A stretch of 64,000 nucleotides of DNA from Eledone cirrhosa (lineage: Eukaryota), in NCBI GenBank assembly GCA_964016885.1, contig OZ024741.1, positions 356,872,001 to 356,936,000 on the forward strand. The letters run 5' to 3'. Under the pieces are notes generated by a model. It was not told where the DNA came from and made no database searches. It saw only the letters and a list, made by a program, of their open reading frames with translations. This document shows, in pieces, positions 37,101 to 52,100 of this stretch (its first letter is position 1; every line of letters begins with the position of its first letter). A program made the translations under genes and the position numbers.

Positions 37101-40100
37101 GCCATCAAGACTCCTACTGTTACACATTATTCACCATTACCATCAAGACCCCTACTGTTACACAGTCTTCACCGCTGCCATCAAGACCCCTACTGTTACT
37201 CAGTCTTCACCACTACCATCAAGTCCCCTACTGTTACACAGTCTTCACCACTGCCATCAAGACTCCTGCTGTTACACAGTCTTCACCACTGCCATCAAAA
37301 CCCCTACTGTTACACAGTCTTCAGCACTACCATCAAGACCCCTACTGTTACACAGTCTTCACCACTACCATCAAGACTCCTGCTGTTACACAGTCTTCAC
37401 CACTGCCATCAAGACTCCTGCTGTTACACAGTCTTCACCACTGCCATCAAGACTCCTGCTGTTACACAGTCTTCACCACTGCCATCAAAACCCCTACTGT
37501 TACACAGTCTTCAGCACTACCATCAAGACCCCTACTGTTACACAGTCTTCACCACTGCCATCAAGAACCCTACTGTTACACAGTCTTCATCACTGCCATC
37601 AAGACTCCTACTGTTACACAGTCTTCACCACTACCATCAAGACCCCTACTGTTACAGTCTTCACCACTACCATCAAGACCCCTACTGTTACACAGTCTTC
37701 ACCACTACCATCAAGGCTCCTACTGTTAAAAACTTTTCACCACTGCCATCAAGACTCCTACTGTTACACAGTCTTCACCACTACCATCAGGACCCCTACT
37801 GTTACACAGTCTTCACCACTACCATCAGGACCCCTACTGTTACACAGTCTTCACCACTACCATCAAGACTCCTACTGTTCGACAGTCTTCACCACTACCA
37901 TCAGGACCCCTACTGTTACACAGTCTTCACCACTACCATCAAGACTCCCACTGTTCGACAGTCTTCACCACTACCATCAGGACCCCTACTGTTACATAGT
38001 CTTCACCACTACCATCAAGACTCCTACTGTTCGACAGTCTTCACCACTACCATCAGGACCCCTACTGTTACACAGTCTTCACCACTACCATCAAGACCCC
38101 TACTGTTATACAGTCTTCACCACTGCCATCAAGAACCCTACTGTTCCACAGTCTTCACCACTACCATCAAGACCCCTACTGTTACAGTCTTCACCATTAC
38201 CATCAAGGCTCCTACTGTTAAAAAGTCTTCACCACTACCATCAGGACCCCTACTGTTACACAGTCTTCACCACTGCCATCAAGACCCCTACTGTTACACA
38301 GTCTTCACCACTGCCATCAAGACCCCTACTGTTACACAGTCTTCACCACTGCCATCAAGACCCCTACTGTTACACAGTCTTCACCACTGCCATCAAGACC
38401 CCTACTGTTACACAGTCTTCACCACTGCCATCAAGACCCCTACTGTTACACAGTCTTCACCACTGCCATCAAGACCCCTACTGTTACACAGTCTTCACCC
38501 CTACCATCAAGACCCCTACTGTTACACAGTCTTCACCCCTACCATCAAGACCCCTACTGTTACACAGTCTTCACCACTGCCATCAAGACTCCTACTGTTA
38601 CACAGTCTTCACCACTACCATCAAGACTCATACTGTTACACAGTCTTCACCACTACCATCAAGACTCCTACTGTTACACTGTCTTCACCACTGCCATCAA
38701 GACTCATACTGTTACACAGTCTTCACCACTACCATCAAGACTCATACTGTTACACAGTCTTCACCACTACCATCAAGACTCATACTGTTACACAGTCTTC
38801 ACCACTGCCATCAAGACCCCTACTGTTACACAGTCTTCACCCCTACCATCAAGACCCCTACTGTTACACAGTCTTCACCCCTACCATCAAGACCCCTACT
38901 GTTACACAGTCTTCACCACTGCCATCAAGACTCCTACTGTTACACAGTCTTCACCACTACCATCAAGACTCCTACTGTTACACAGTCTTCACCACTACCA
39001 TCAAGACTCATACTGTTACACAGTCTTCACCACTACCATCAAGACTCCTACTGTTACACAGTCTTCACCACTACCATCAAGACTCCTACTGTTACACAGT
39101 CTTCACCACTACCATCAAGACTCCTACTGTTACACAGTCTTCACCACTACCATCAAGTCCCCTACTGTTACACAGTCTTCACCACTACCATCAAGACCCC
39201 TACTGTTACACAGTCTTCACCTCTACCATCAAGAGTCCTACTGTTACACAGTCTTCACCACTACCATCAAGTCCCCTACTGTTACACAGTCTTCACCACT
39301 ACCATCAAGACTCATACTGTTACACAGTCTTCACCCCTACCATCAACACTCCTACTGTTACACAGTCTTCACCACTACCATCAAGACTCCTACTGTTACA
39401 CAGTCTTCACCATTACCATCAAGATCCCTACTGTTACACAGTCTTCACCACTACCATCAAGACCCCTACTGTTACACAGTCTTCACTACTACCATCAAGG
39501 CTCCTACTGTTACGCAGTCTTCACCACTACCATCAAGACCCCTACTGTTCCACAGTCTTCACCACTACCATCAAGACTCCTACTGTTACACAGTCTTCAC
39601 CATTACCATCAAGACTCCTACTGTTCCACAGTCTTCACCACTACCATCAAGACCCCTACTGTTCCACAGTCTTCACCACTACCATCAAGACTCCTGCTGT
39701 TACACAGTCTTCACCACTACCATCATAACCCCTACTGTTACACAGTCTTCACCACTACCATCAAGACCCCTACTGTTACACAGTCTTCACCACTGCCATC
39801 AATACCCCTACTGTTACACAGTCTTCACCACTACCGTCAAGACCCCTACTGTTACACAGTCTTCACCACTGCCATCAAGACTCCTACTGTTACACAGTCT
39901 TCACCATTACCATCAAGACTCCTACTGTTACACAGTCTTCACCACTACCATCAATACCCCTACTGTTACACAGTCTTCACCACTACCGTCAAGACCCCTA
40001 CTGTTACACAGTCTTCACCACTGCCATCAAGACTCCTACTGTTACACAGTCTTCACCATTACCATCAAGACTCCTACTGTTCCACAGTCTTCACCACTAC

Positions 40101-43100
40101 CATCAATACCCCTACTGTTACACAGTCTTCACCACTACCGTCAAGACCCCTACTGTTACACAGTCTTCACCACTGCCATCAAGACTCCTACTGTTACACA
40201 GTCTTCAGCATTACCATCAAGACTCCTACTGTTACACAGTCTTCACCACTACCATCAAGACTCCTACTGTTACACAGTCTTCACCACTACCATCAAGACT
40301 CCTACTGTTACACAGTCTTCACCACTACCATCAAGACTCCTACTGTTACACAGTCTTCACCACTACCATCAAGACTCCTACTGTTACACAGTCTTCACCA
40401 TTACCATCAAGACTCCTACTGTTACACAGTCTTCACCATTACCATCAAGACTCCTACTGTTACACAGTCTTCACCACTACCATCAAGACTCCTACTGTTA
40501 CAATCTTCACCACTGCCATCAAGACCCCTACTGTTCCACAGTCTTCACCATTACCATCAAGACTCCTACTATTACACAGTCTTCACCACTACCATCAAGA
40601 CTCCTACTGTTACAATCTTCACCACTGCCATCAAGACCCCTACTGTTCCACAGTCTTCACCATTACCATCAAGACTCCTACTATTACACAGTCTTCACCA
40701 TTACCATCAAGACTCCTACTGTTACACAGTCTTCACCACTACCATCAACACTCCTACTGTTACAGTCTTCACCATTACCATCAAGACTCCTACTATTACA
40801 CAGTCTTCACCACTACCATCAAGACCCCTACTGTTACACAGTCTTCACCACTACCATCAAGACCCCTACTGTTACACAGTCTTCACCATTACCATCAAGA
40901 CTCCCGCTGTTACACATTCTTCACCACTGCCATCAAGACTCCTACTGTTACAGTCTTCACCACTACCATCGAGACCCCTACAGTTACACAGTCTTCACCA
41001 TTACCATCAAGACCCCTACTGTTACACAGTCTTCACCACTACCATCAAGATCCCTACTGTTACACAGTCTTCACCACTACCATCAAGACCCCTACTGTTA
41101 CACAGTCTTCACCACTACCATCAAGACCCCTACTGTTACACAGTCTTCACCACTACCATCAAGACCCCTACTGTTACACAGTCTTCACCATTACCATCAA
41201 GACCCCTACTGTTACACAGTCTTCATCATTACCATCAAGACCCCTACTGTTCCACAGTCTTCACCACTAGCATCAAGACCCCTACTGTTACACAGTCTTC
41301 ACCACTACCATCAGGACCCCTACTGTTACACAGTCTTCACCACTACCATCAAGACCCCTACTGTTCCACAGTCTGCACCACTGCCATCAAGACTCCTACT
41401 GTTACACAGTCTTCACCACTACCATCAAGACCCCTACTGTTCCACAGTCTGCACCACTGCCATCAAGACTCCTACTGTTACACAGTCTTCACCACTGCCA
41501 TCAAGACCCCTACTGTTACACAGTCTTCACCACTACCATCAAGACCCCTACTGTTACACAGTCTTCACCCCTACCATCAAGACCCCTACAGTTACACAGT
41601 CTTCACCATTACCATCAAGACCCCTACTGTACAGTCTGCACCATTACCATCAAGACCCCTACTGTTACACAGTCTTCACCACTACCATCAAAACCCCTAC
41701 TGTTACACAGTCTTCACCACTGCCATCAAGACTCCTACTGTTACACAGTCTTCACCACTACCATCAAGACTCCTACTGTTACACAGTCTTCACCACTACC
41801 ATCAAGACTCCTACTGTTACACAGTCTTCACCACTGCCTTCAAGACTCCTACTGTTACACAGTCTTCATCATTACCATCAGGACCCCTACTGTTACACAG
41901 TCTTCACCACTACCATCAAGACCCCTACTGTTCCACAGTCTTCACCACTGCCATCAAGACTCCTACTGTTACACATTATTCACCATTACCATCAAGACCC
42001 CTACTGTTACACAGTCTTCACCGCTGCCATCAAGACCCCTACTGTTACACAGTCTTCACCACTACCATCAAGTCCCCTACTGTTACACAGTCTTCACCAC
42101 TGCCATCAAGACTCCTGCTGTTACACAGTCTTCACCACTGCCATCAAAACCCCTACTGTTACACAGTCTTCAGCACTACCATCAAGACCCCTACTGTTAC
42201 ACAGTCTTCACCACTGCCATCAAGAACCCTACTGTTACACAGTCTTCATCACTGCCATCAAGACTCCTACTGTTACACAGTCTTCACCACTACCATCAAG
42301 ACCCCTACTGTTACAGTCTTCACCACTACCATCAAGACCCCTACTGTTACACAGTCTTCACCACTACCATCAAGGCTCCTACTGTTAAAAACTTTTCACC
42401 ACTGCCATCAAGACTCCTACTGTTACACAGTCTTCACCACTACCATCAGGACCCCTACTGTTACACAGTCTTCACCACTACCATCAGGACCCCTACTGTT
42501 ACACAGTCTTCACCACTACCATCAAGACTCCTACTGTTCGACAGTCTTCACCACTACCATCAGGACCCCTACTGTTACACAGTCTTCACCACTACCATCA
42601 TGACTCCCACTGTTCGACAGTCTTCACCACTACCATCAGGACCCCTACTGTTACATAGTCTTCACCACTACCATCAAGACTCCTACTGTTCGACAGTCTT
42701 CACCACTACCATCAGGACCCCTACTGTTACACAGTCTTCACCACTACCATCAAGACCCCTACTGTTATACAGTCTTCACCACTGCCATCAAGAACCCTAC
42801 TGTTCCACAGTCTTCACCACTACCATCAAGACCCCTACTGTTACACAGTCTTCACCACTGCCATCAAGACCCCTACTGTTACACAGTCTTCACCACTGCC
42901 ATCAAGACCCCTACTGTTACACAGTCTTCACCACTGCCATCAAGACCCCTACTGTTACACAGTCTTCACCACTGCCATCAAGACCCCTACTGTTACACAG
43001 TCTTCACCATTACCATCAAGGCTCCTACTGTTAAAAAGTCTTCACCACTACCATCAGGACCCCTACTGTTACACAGTCTTCACCACTGCCATCAAGACCC

Positions 43101-46100
43101 CTACTGTTACACAGTCTTCACCACTGCCATCAAGACCCCTACTGTTACACAGTCTTCACCACTGCCATCAAGACCCCTACTGTTACACAGTCTTCACCAC
43201 TGCCATCAAGACCCCTACTGTTACACAGTCTTCACCACTGCCATCAAGACCCCTACTGTTACACAGTCTTCACCACTGCCATCAAGACCCCTACTGTTAC
43301 ACAGTCTTCACCCCTACCATCAAGACCCCTACTGTTACACAGTCTTCACCCCTACCATCAAGACCCCTACTGTTACACAGTCTTCACCACTGCCATCAAG
43401 ACTCCTACTGTTACACAGTCTTCACCACTACCATCAAGACTCATACTGTGACACAGTCTTCACCACTACCATCAAGACTCCTACTGTTACACTGTCTTCA
43501 CCACTGCCATCAAGACTCATACTGTTACACAGTCTTCACCACTACCATCAAGACCCCTACTGTTACACAGTCTTCACCACTGCCATCAAGACTCCTACTG
43601 TTACACAGTCTTCACCACTGCCATCAAGACTCATACTGTTACACAGTCTTCACCACTACCATCAAGACCCCTACTGTTACACAGTCTTCACCACTGCCAT
43701 CAAGACTCCTACTGTTACACAGTCTTCACCACTACCATCAAGACTCATACTGTTACACAGTCTTCACCACTACCATCAAGACTCCTACTGTTACACTGTC
43801 TTCACCACTGCCATCAAGACTCATACTGTTACACAGTCTTCACCACTACCATCAAGACTCATACTGTTACACAGTCTTCACCACTACCATCAAGACTCAT
43901 ACTGTTACACAGTCTTCACCACTGCCATCAAGACCCCTACTGTTACACAGTCTTCACCCCTACCATCAAGACCCCTACTGTTACACAGTCTTCACCCCTA
44001 CCATCAAGACCCCTACTGTTACACAGTCTTCACCACTGCCATCAAGACTCCTACTGTTACACAGTCTTCACCACTACCATCAAGACTCCTACTGTTACAC
44101 AGTCTTCACCACTACCATCAAGACTCATACTGTTACACAGTCTTCACCACTACCATCAAGACTCCTACTGTTACACAGTCTTCACCACTACCATCAAGAG
44201 TCCTACTGTTACACAGTCTTCACCACTACCATCAAGACTCCTACTGTTACACAGTCTTCACCACTACCATCAAGAGTCCTACTGTTACACAGTCTTCACC
44301 ACTACCATCAAGTCCCCTACTGTTACACAGTCTTCACCACTACCATCAAGACTCATACTGTTACACAGTCTTCACCCCTACCATCAACACTCCTACTGTT
44401 CCACAGTCTTCACCACTACCATCAAGACTCCTACTGTTACACAGTCTTCACCACTACCATCAAGACTCCTACTGTTACACAGTCTTCACCACTACCATCA
44501 AGACTCATACTGTTACACAGTCTTCACCACTACCATCAAGACCCCTACTGTTACACAGTCTTCACCACTACCATCAAGGCTCCTACTGTTAAAAAGTCTT
44601 CACCACTACCATCAAGACTCCTACTGTTACCCAGTCTTCACCACTACCGTCAAGACCCCTACTGTTACACAGTCTTCACCACTACCATCAGGACCCCTAC
44701 TGTTACACAGTCTTCACCACTACCATCAAGACTCCTACTGTTACACAGTGTTCACCACTACCATCAAGACCCCTACTGTTACACAGTCTTCACCACTACC
44801 ATCAAGACCCATACTGTTACACAGTCTTCACCACTACCGTCAAGAGCCCTACTGTTACACAGTCTTCACCACTGCCATCAAGACTCCTACTGTTACACAG
44901 TCTTCACCACTACCATCAAGACCCCTACTGTTACACAGTCTTCACCACTACCATCAAGACCCATACTGTTACACAGACTTCACCACTACCGTCAAGACCC
45001 CTACTGTTACACAGTCTTCACCACTACCATCAAGACTCCTACTGTTCCACAGTCTTCACCACTGCCATCAAGACTCCTACTGTTACACAGTCTTCACCAC
45101 TACCATCAAGACTCCTACTGTTACACAGTCTTCACCACTACCGTCAAGACCCCTACTGTTACACAGTCTTCACCACTGCCATCTAGACTCCTACTGTTAC
45201 ACAGTCTTCACCACTGCCATCAAGACTCCTACTGTTACACAGTCTTCACCACTACCATCAAGACTCCTACTGTTAAAAAGTCTTCACCATTACCATCAAG
45301 ACTCCTACTGTTACACATTCTTCACCACTGCCATCAAGACTCCTACTGTTCCACAGTCTTCACCACTACCATCAGGACCCCTACTGTTACACAGTTTTCA
45401 CCACTACCATCAAGACCCCTACTGTTACACAGTCTTCACCACTACCATCAGGACCCCTACTGTTACACAGTCTTCACCACTACCATCAAGACCCCTACTG
45501 TTCCACAGTCTTCACCACTACCATCAAGACCCCTACTGTTACACAGTCTTCACCACTACCATCAAGACTCCTACTGTTACACAGTCTTCACCATTACCAT
45601 CAAGATCCCTACTGTTACACAGTCTTCACCACTACCATCAAGACCCCTACTGTTACACAGTCTTCACTACTACCATCAAGGCTCCTACTGTTACGCAGTC
45701 TTCACCACTACCATCAAGACCCCTACTGTTCCACAGTCTTCACCACTACCATCAAGACTCCTACTGTTACACAGTCTTCACCATTACCATCAAGACTCCT
45801 ACTGTTCCACAGTCTTCACCACTACCATCAAGACCCCTACTGTTCCACAGTCTTCACCACTACCATCAAGACTCCTGCTGTTACACAGTCTTCACCACTA
45901 CCATCATAACCCCTACTGTTACACAGTCTTCACCACTACCGTCAAGACCCCTACTGTTACACAGTCTTCACCACTGCCATCAAGACTCCTACTGTTACAC
46001 AGTCTTCACCATTACCATCAAGACTCCTACTGTTCCACAGTCTTCACCACTACCATCAAGACCCCTACTGTTCCACAGTCTTCACCACTACCATCAAGAC

Positions 46101-49100
46101 TCCTGCTGTTACACAGTCTTCACCACTACCATCATAACCCCTACTGTTACACAGTCTTCACCACTACCGTCAAGACCCCTACTGTTACACAGTCTTCACC
46201 ACTGCCATCAAGACTCCTACTGTTACACAGTCTTCACCATTACCATCAAGACTCCTACTGTTACACAGTCTTCACCACTACCATCAAGACTCCTACTGTT
46301 ACACAGTCTTCACCACTACCATCAAGACTCCTACTGTTACACAGTCTTCACCACTACCATCAAGACTCCTACTGTTACACAGTCTTCACCACTACCATCA
46401 AGACTCCTACTGTTACAATCTTCACCACTGCCATCAAGACTCCTACTGTTACACAGTCTTCACCATTACCATCAAGACTCCTACTGTTACACAGTCTTCA
46501 CCATTACCATCAAGACTCCTACTGTTACACAGTCTTCACCATTACCATCAAGACCCCTACTGTTCCACAGTCTTCACCACTACCATCAAGACCCCTACTG
46601 TTACACAGTCTTCACCACTACCATCAAGACTCCTACTGTTACACAGTCTTCACCATTACCATCAAGACTCCTACTGTTACACAGTCTTCACCACTACCAT
46701 CAAGACTCCTACTGTTACACAGTCTTCACCACTACCATCAAGACTCCTACTGTTACACAGTCTTCACCACTACCATCAAGACTCCTACTGTTACAATCTT
46801 CACCACTGCCATCAAGACCCCTACTGTTCCACAGTCTTCACCATTACCATCAAGACTCCTACTATTACACAGTCTTCACCACTACCATCAAGACTCCTAC
46901 TGTTACACAGTCTTCACCATTACCATCAAGACTCCTACTGTTACACAGTCTTCACCACTACCATCAACACTCCTACTGTTACAGTCTTCACCATTACCAT
47001 CAAGACTCCTACTATTACACAGTCTTCACCACTACCATCAAGACCCCTACTGTTACACAGTCTTCACCACTACCATCAAGACCCCTACTGTTACACAGTC
47101 TTCACCATTACCATCAAGACTCCCGCTGTTACACATTCTTCACCACTGCCATCAAGACTCCTACTGTTACAGTCTTCACCACTACCATCAAGACCCCTAC
47201 TGTTACACAGTCTTCACCACTACCATCAAGACTCCTACTGTTACACAGTCTTCACCTCTACCATCAAGACCCCTACTGTTACACAGTCTTCACCACTACC
47301 ATCAAGACCCCTACTGTTACACAGTCTTCACCACTACCATCAAGACCCCTACTGTTACACAGTCTTCACCATTACCATCAAGACTCCCGCTGTTACACAT
47401 TCTTCACCACTGCCATCAAGACTCCTACTGTTACAGTATTCACCACTACCATCAAGACCCCTACTGTTACACAGTCTTCACCACTACCATCAAGACCCCT
47501 AATGTTACACAGTCTTCACCACTACCATCAAGACTCCTACTGTTACACAGTCTTCACCACTGCCATCAAGACTCCTACTGTTACACAGTCTTCACCACTA
47601 CCATCAAGACTCCTACTGTTACACAGTCTTCACCACTGCCATCTAGACTCCTACTGTTACACAGTCTTCACCACTGCCATCTAGACTCCTACTGTTACAC
47701 AGTCTTCACCACTACCATCAAGACTCCTACTGTTACACAGTCTTCACCACTGCCATCTAGACTCCTACTGTTACACAGTCTTCACCACTACCATCAAGAC
47801 TCCTACTGTTACACAGTCTTCACCACTGCCATCTAGACTCCTACTGTTACACAGTCTTCACCACTACCATCAAGACTCCTACTGTTACGCAGTCTTCACC
47901 ACTGCCATCAAGACTCCTACTGTTACGCAGTCTTCACCACTACCATCAAGACCCCTACTGTTACACAGTCTTCACCACTATCATCAAAACCCCTACTGTT
48001 ACACAGTCTTCACCACTACCATCTAGACTCCTACTGTTACACAGTCTTCACCACTATCATCAAAACCCCTACTGTTACACAGTCTTCACCACTACCATCT
48101 AGACTCCTACTGTTACACAGTCTTCACCACTGCCATCTAGACTCCTACTGTTACACAGTCTTCACCACTAGCATCAAGACCCCTACTGTTACACAGTCTT
48201 CACCACTATCATCAAAACCCCTACTGTTACACAGTCTTCACCACTACCATCAAGACTCCTACTGTTACACAGTCTTCACCATTACCATCAAGACCCCTAC
48301 TGTTCCACAGTCTTCACCACTACCATCAACATCCCTACTGTTCCACAGTCTTCACCACTACCATCAAGACTCCTACTGTTACACAGTCTTCACCACTACC
48401 ATCAAGACCCCTACTGTTACACAGTCTTCACCACTACCATAAAGACCCCTACTGTTCCACAGTCTTCACCACTGCCATCAAGACTCCTACTGTTACACAG
48501 TCTTCACCACTACCATCAAGACTCCTACTGTTACACAGTCTTCACCACTACCATCAAGACTCCTACTGTTACACAGTCTTCACAACCACCATCAAGACCC
48601 CTACGGTTACACAGTCTTCACCACTGCCATCAAGACCCCTACTGTTACACAGTCTTCACCACTACCATCAAGACCCCTACTGTTACACAGTCTTCACCAC
48701 TACCATCAAGACTCCTACTGTTACACAGTCTTCACCACTACCATCAAGACCCCTACTGTTACACAGTCTTCACCACTACCATAAAGACCCCTACTGTTCC
48801 ACAGTCTTCACCACTGCCATCAAGACTCCTACTGTTACACAGTCTTCACCACTACCATCAAGACTCCTACTGTTACACAGTCTTCACCACTACCATCAAG
48901 ACCCCTACTGTTACAAAGTCTTCACCACTACCATCAAGACTCCTACTGTTACACAGTCTTCACCACTACCATCAAGACCCCTACTGTTACACAGTCTTCA
49001 CCACTACCATCAAGACCCCTACTGTTCCACAGTCTTCACCACTGCCATCAAGACTCCTACTGTTACACAGTCTTCACCATTACCATCAAGACCCCTACTG

Positions 49101-52100
49101 TTACACAGTCTTCACCACTGCCATCAAGACCCCTGCTGTTCCGCAGTCTTCACCACTACCATCAAGACTCCTACTGTTACACAGTCTTCACCACTACCAT
49201 CAAGACCCCTACTGTTCGACAGTCTTCACCACTACCATCAAGACTCCTACTGTTACACAGTCTTCACCACTACCATCAAGACTCCTACTGTTACACAGTC
49301 TTCACCACTGCCATCAAGACTCCTACTGTTACACAGTCTTCACCACTACCATCAAGACCCCTACTGTTCGACAGTCTTCACCACTACCATCAAGACTCCT
49401 ACTGTTACACAGTCTTCACCACTACCATCAAGACTCCTACTGTTACACAGTCTTCACCACTACCATCAAGACTCCTACTGTTACACAGTCTTCACCACTA
49501 CCATCAAGACCCCTGCTGCAACACAGTCTTTACCACTACCATCAAGACTCCTACTGTTACACAGTCTTCACCACTACCATCAAGACCCCTGCTGCAACAC
49601 AGTCTTTACCACTACCATCAATACCCCTACTGTTACACAGTCTTCACCATTACCATCAAGACCCCTACTGTTCCACAGTCTTCAGTACTACCATCAAGAC
49701 CCTACTGTTACACAGTCTTCACCATTACCATCAAGACTCCTACTGTTACACAGTCTTCACCACTACCATCAAGACCCCTACTGTTAAACAGTCTTCACCA
49801 CTACCATCATGACTCCTACTGTTACACAGTCTTCACCACTGCCATCAAGACCCCTACTGTTAAACAGTCTTCACCACTACCATCATGACTCCTACTGTTA
49901 CACAGTCTTCACCACTACCATCAGGACTCCTACTGTTACACAGTCTTCACCACTACCATCAAGACCCCTACTGTTACAAAGTCTTCACCACTACCATCAA
50001 GACTCCTACTGTTACACAGTCTTCACCACTACCATCAAGACCCCTACTGTTACACAGTCTTCACCACTACCATCAAGACCCCTACTGTTCCACAGTCTTC
50101 ACCACTGCCATCAAGACTCCTACTGTTACACAGTCTTCACCATTACCATCAAGACCCCTACTGTTACACAGTCTTCACCACTGCCATCAAGACCCCTACT
50201 GTTCCGCAGTCTTCACCACTACCATCAAGACTCCTACTGTTACACAGTCTTCACCACTACCATCAAGACCCCTACTGTTCGACAGTCTTCACCACTACCA
50301 TCAAGACTCCTACTGTTACACAGTCTTCACCACTGCCATCAAGACTCCTACTGTTACACAGTCTTCACCACTACCATCAAGAGCCCTACTGTTAAACAGT
50401 CTTCACCACTACCATCAAGACTCCTACTGTTACACAGTCTTCACCACTACCATCAAGACCCCTGCTGCAACACAGTCTTTACCACTACCATCAAGACCCT
50501 ACTGTTACACAGTCTTCACCATTACCATCAAGACTCCTACTGTTACACAGTCTTCACCACTACCATCAAGACCCCTACTGTTAAACAGTCTTCACCACTA
50601 CCATCATGACTCCTACTGTTACACAGTCTTCACCACTACCATCAAGACCCCTACTGTTACAAAGTCTTCACCACTACCATCAAGACTCCTACTGTTACAC
50701 AGTCTTCACCACTACCATCAAGACCCCTACTGTTACACAGTCTTCACCACTACCATCAAGACCCCTACTGTTCCACAGTCTTCACCACTGCCATCAAGAC
50801 TCCTACTGTTACACAGTCTTCACCACTGCCATCAAGACTCCTACTGTTACACAGTCTTCACCATTACCATCAAGACCCCTACTGTTACACAGTCTTCACC
50901 ACTGCCATCAAGACCCCTACTGTTCCGCAGTCTTCACCACTACCATCAAGACTCCTACTGTTACACAGTCTTCACCACTGCCATCAAGACCCCTACTGTT
51001 ACACAGTCTTCACCACTACCATCAAGACTCCTACTGTTACACAGTCTTCACCACTACCATCAAGACCCCTACTGTTACACAGTCTTGACCACTACCATCA
51101 AGACTCCTACTGTTACACAGTCTTCACCACTGCCATCAAGACTCCTACTGTTACACAGTCTTCACCATTACCATCAAGACCCCTACTGTTACACAGTCTT
51201 CACCACTGCCATCAAGACCCCTACTGTTCCGCAGTCTTCACCACTACCATCAAGACTCCTACTGTTACACAGTCTTCACCACTGCCATCAAGACCCCTAC
51301 TGTTACACAGTCTTCACCACTACCATCAAGACTCCTACTGTTACACAGTCTTCACCACTACCATCAAGACTCCTACTGTTACACAGTCTTCACCACTGCC
51401 ATCAAGACTCCTACTGTTACACAGTCTTCACCACTACCATCAAGACCCCTACTGTTCGACAGTCTTCACCACTACCATCAAGACTCCTACTGTTACACAG
51501 TCTTCACCACTACCATCAAGACTCCTACTGTTACACAGTCTTCACCACTGCCATCAAGACTCCTACTGTTACACAGTCTTCACCACTACCATCAAGACTC
51601 CTACTGTTACACAGTCTTCACCACTACCATCAAGACCCCTGCTGCAACACAGTCTTTACCACTACCATCAATACCCCTACTGTCACACAGTCTTCACCAT
51701 TACCATCAAGACCCCTACTGTTCCACAGTCTTCAGTACTACCATCAAGACCCTACTGTTACACAGTCTTCACCATTACCATCAAGACTCCTACTGTTACA
51801 CAGTCTTCACCACTACCATCAAGACCCCTACTGTTAAACAGTCTTCACCACTACCATCATGACTCCTACTGTTACACAGTCTTCACCACTACCATCAAGA
51901 CCCCTACTGTTAAACAGTCTTCACCACTGCCATCAAGACTCCTACTGTTACACAGTCTTCACCACTACCATCAAGACCCCTACTGTTACACAGTCTTCAC
52001 CACTACCATCAAGACCCCTACTGTTAAACAGTCTTCACCACTGCCATCAAGACTCCTACTGTTACACAGTCTTCACCACTACCATCAAGACCCCTACTGT

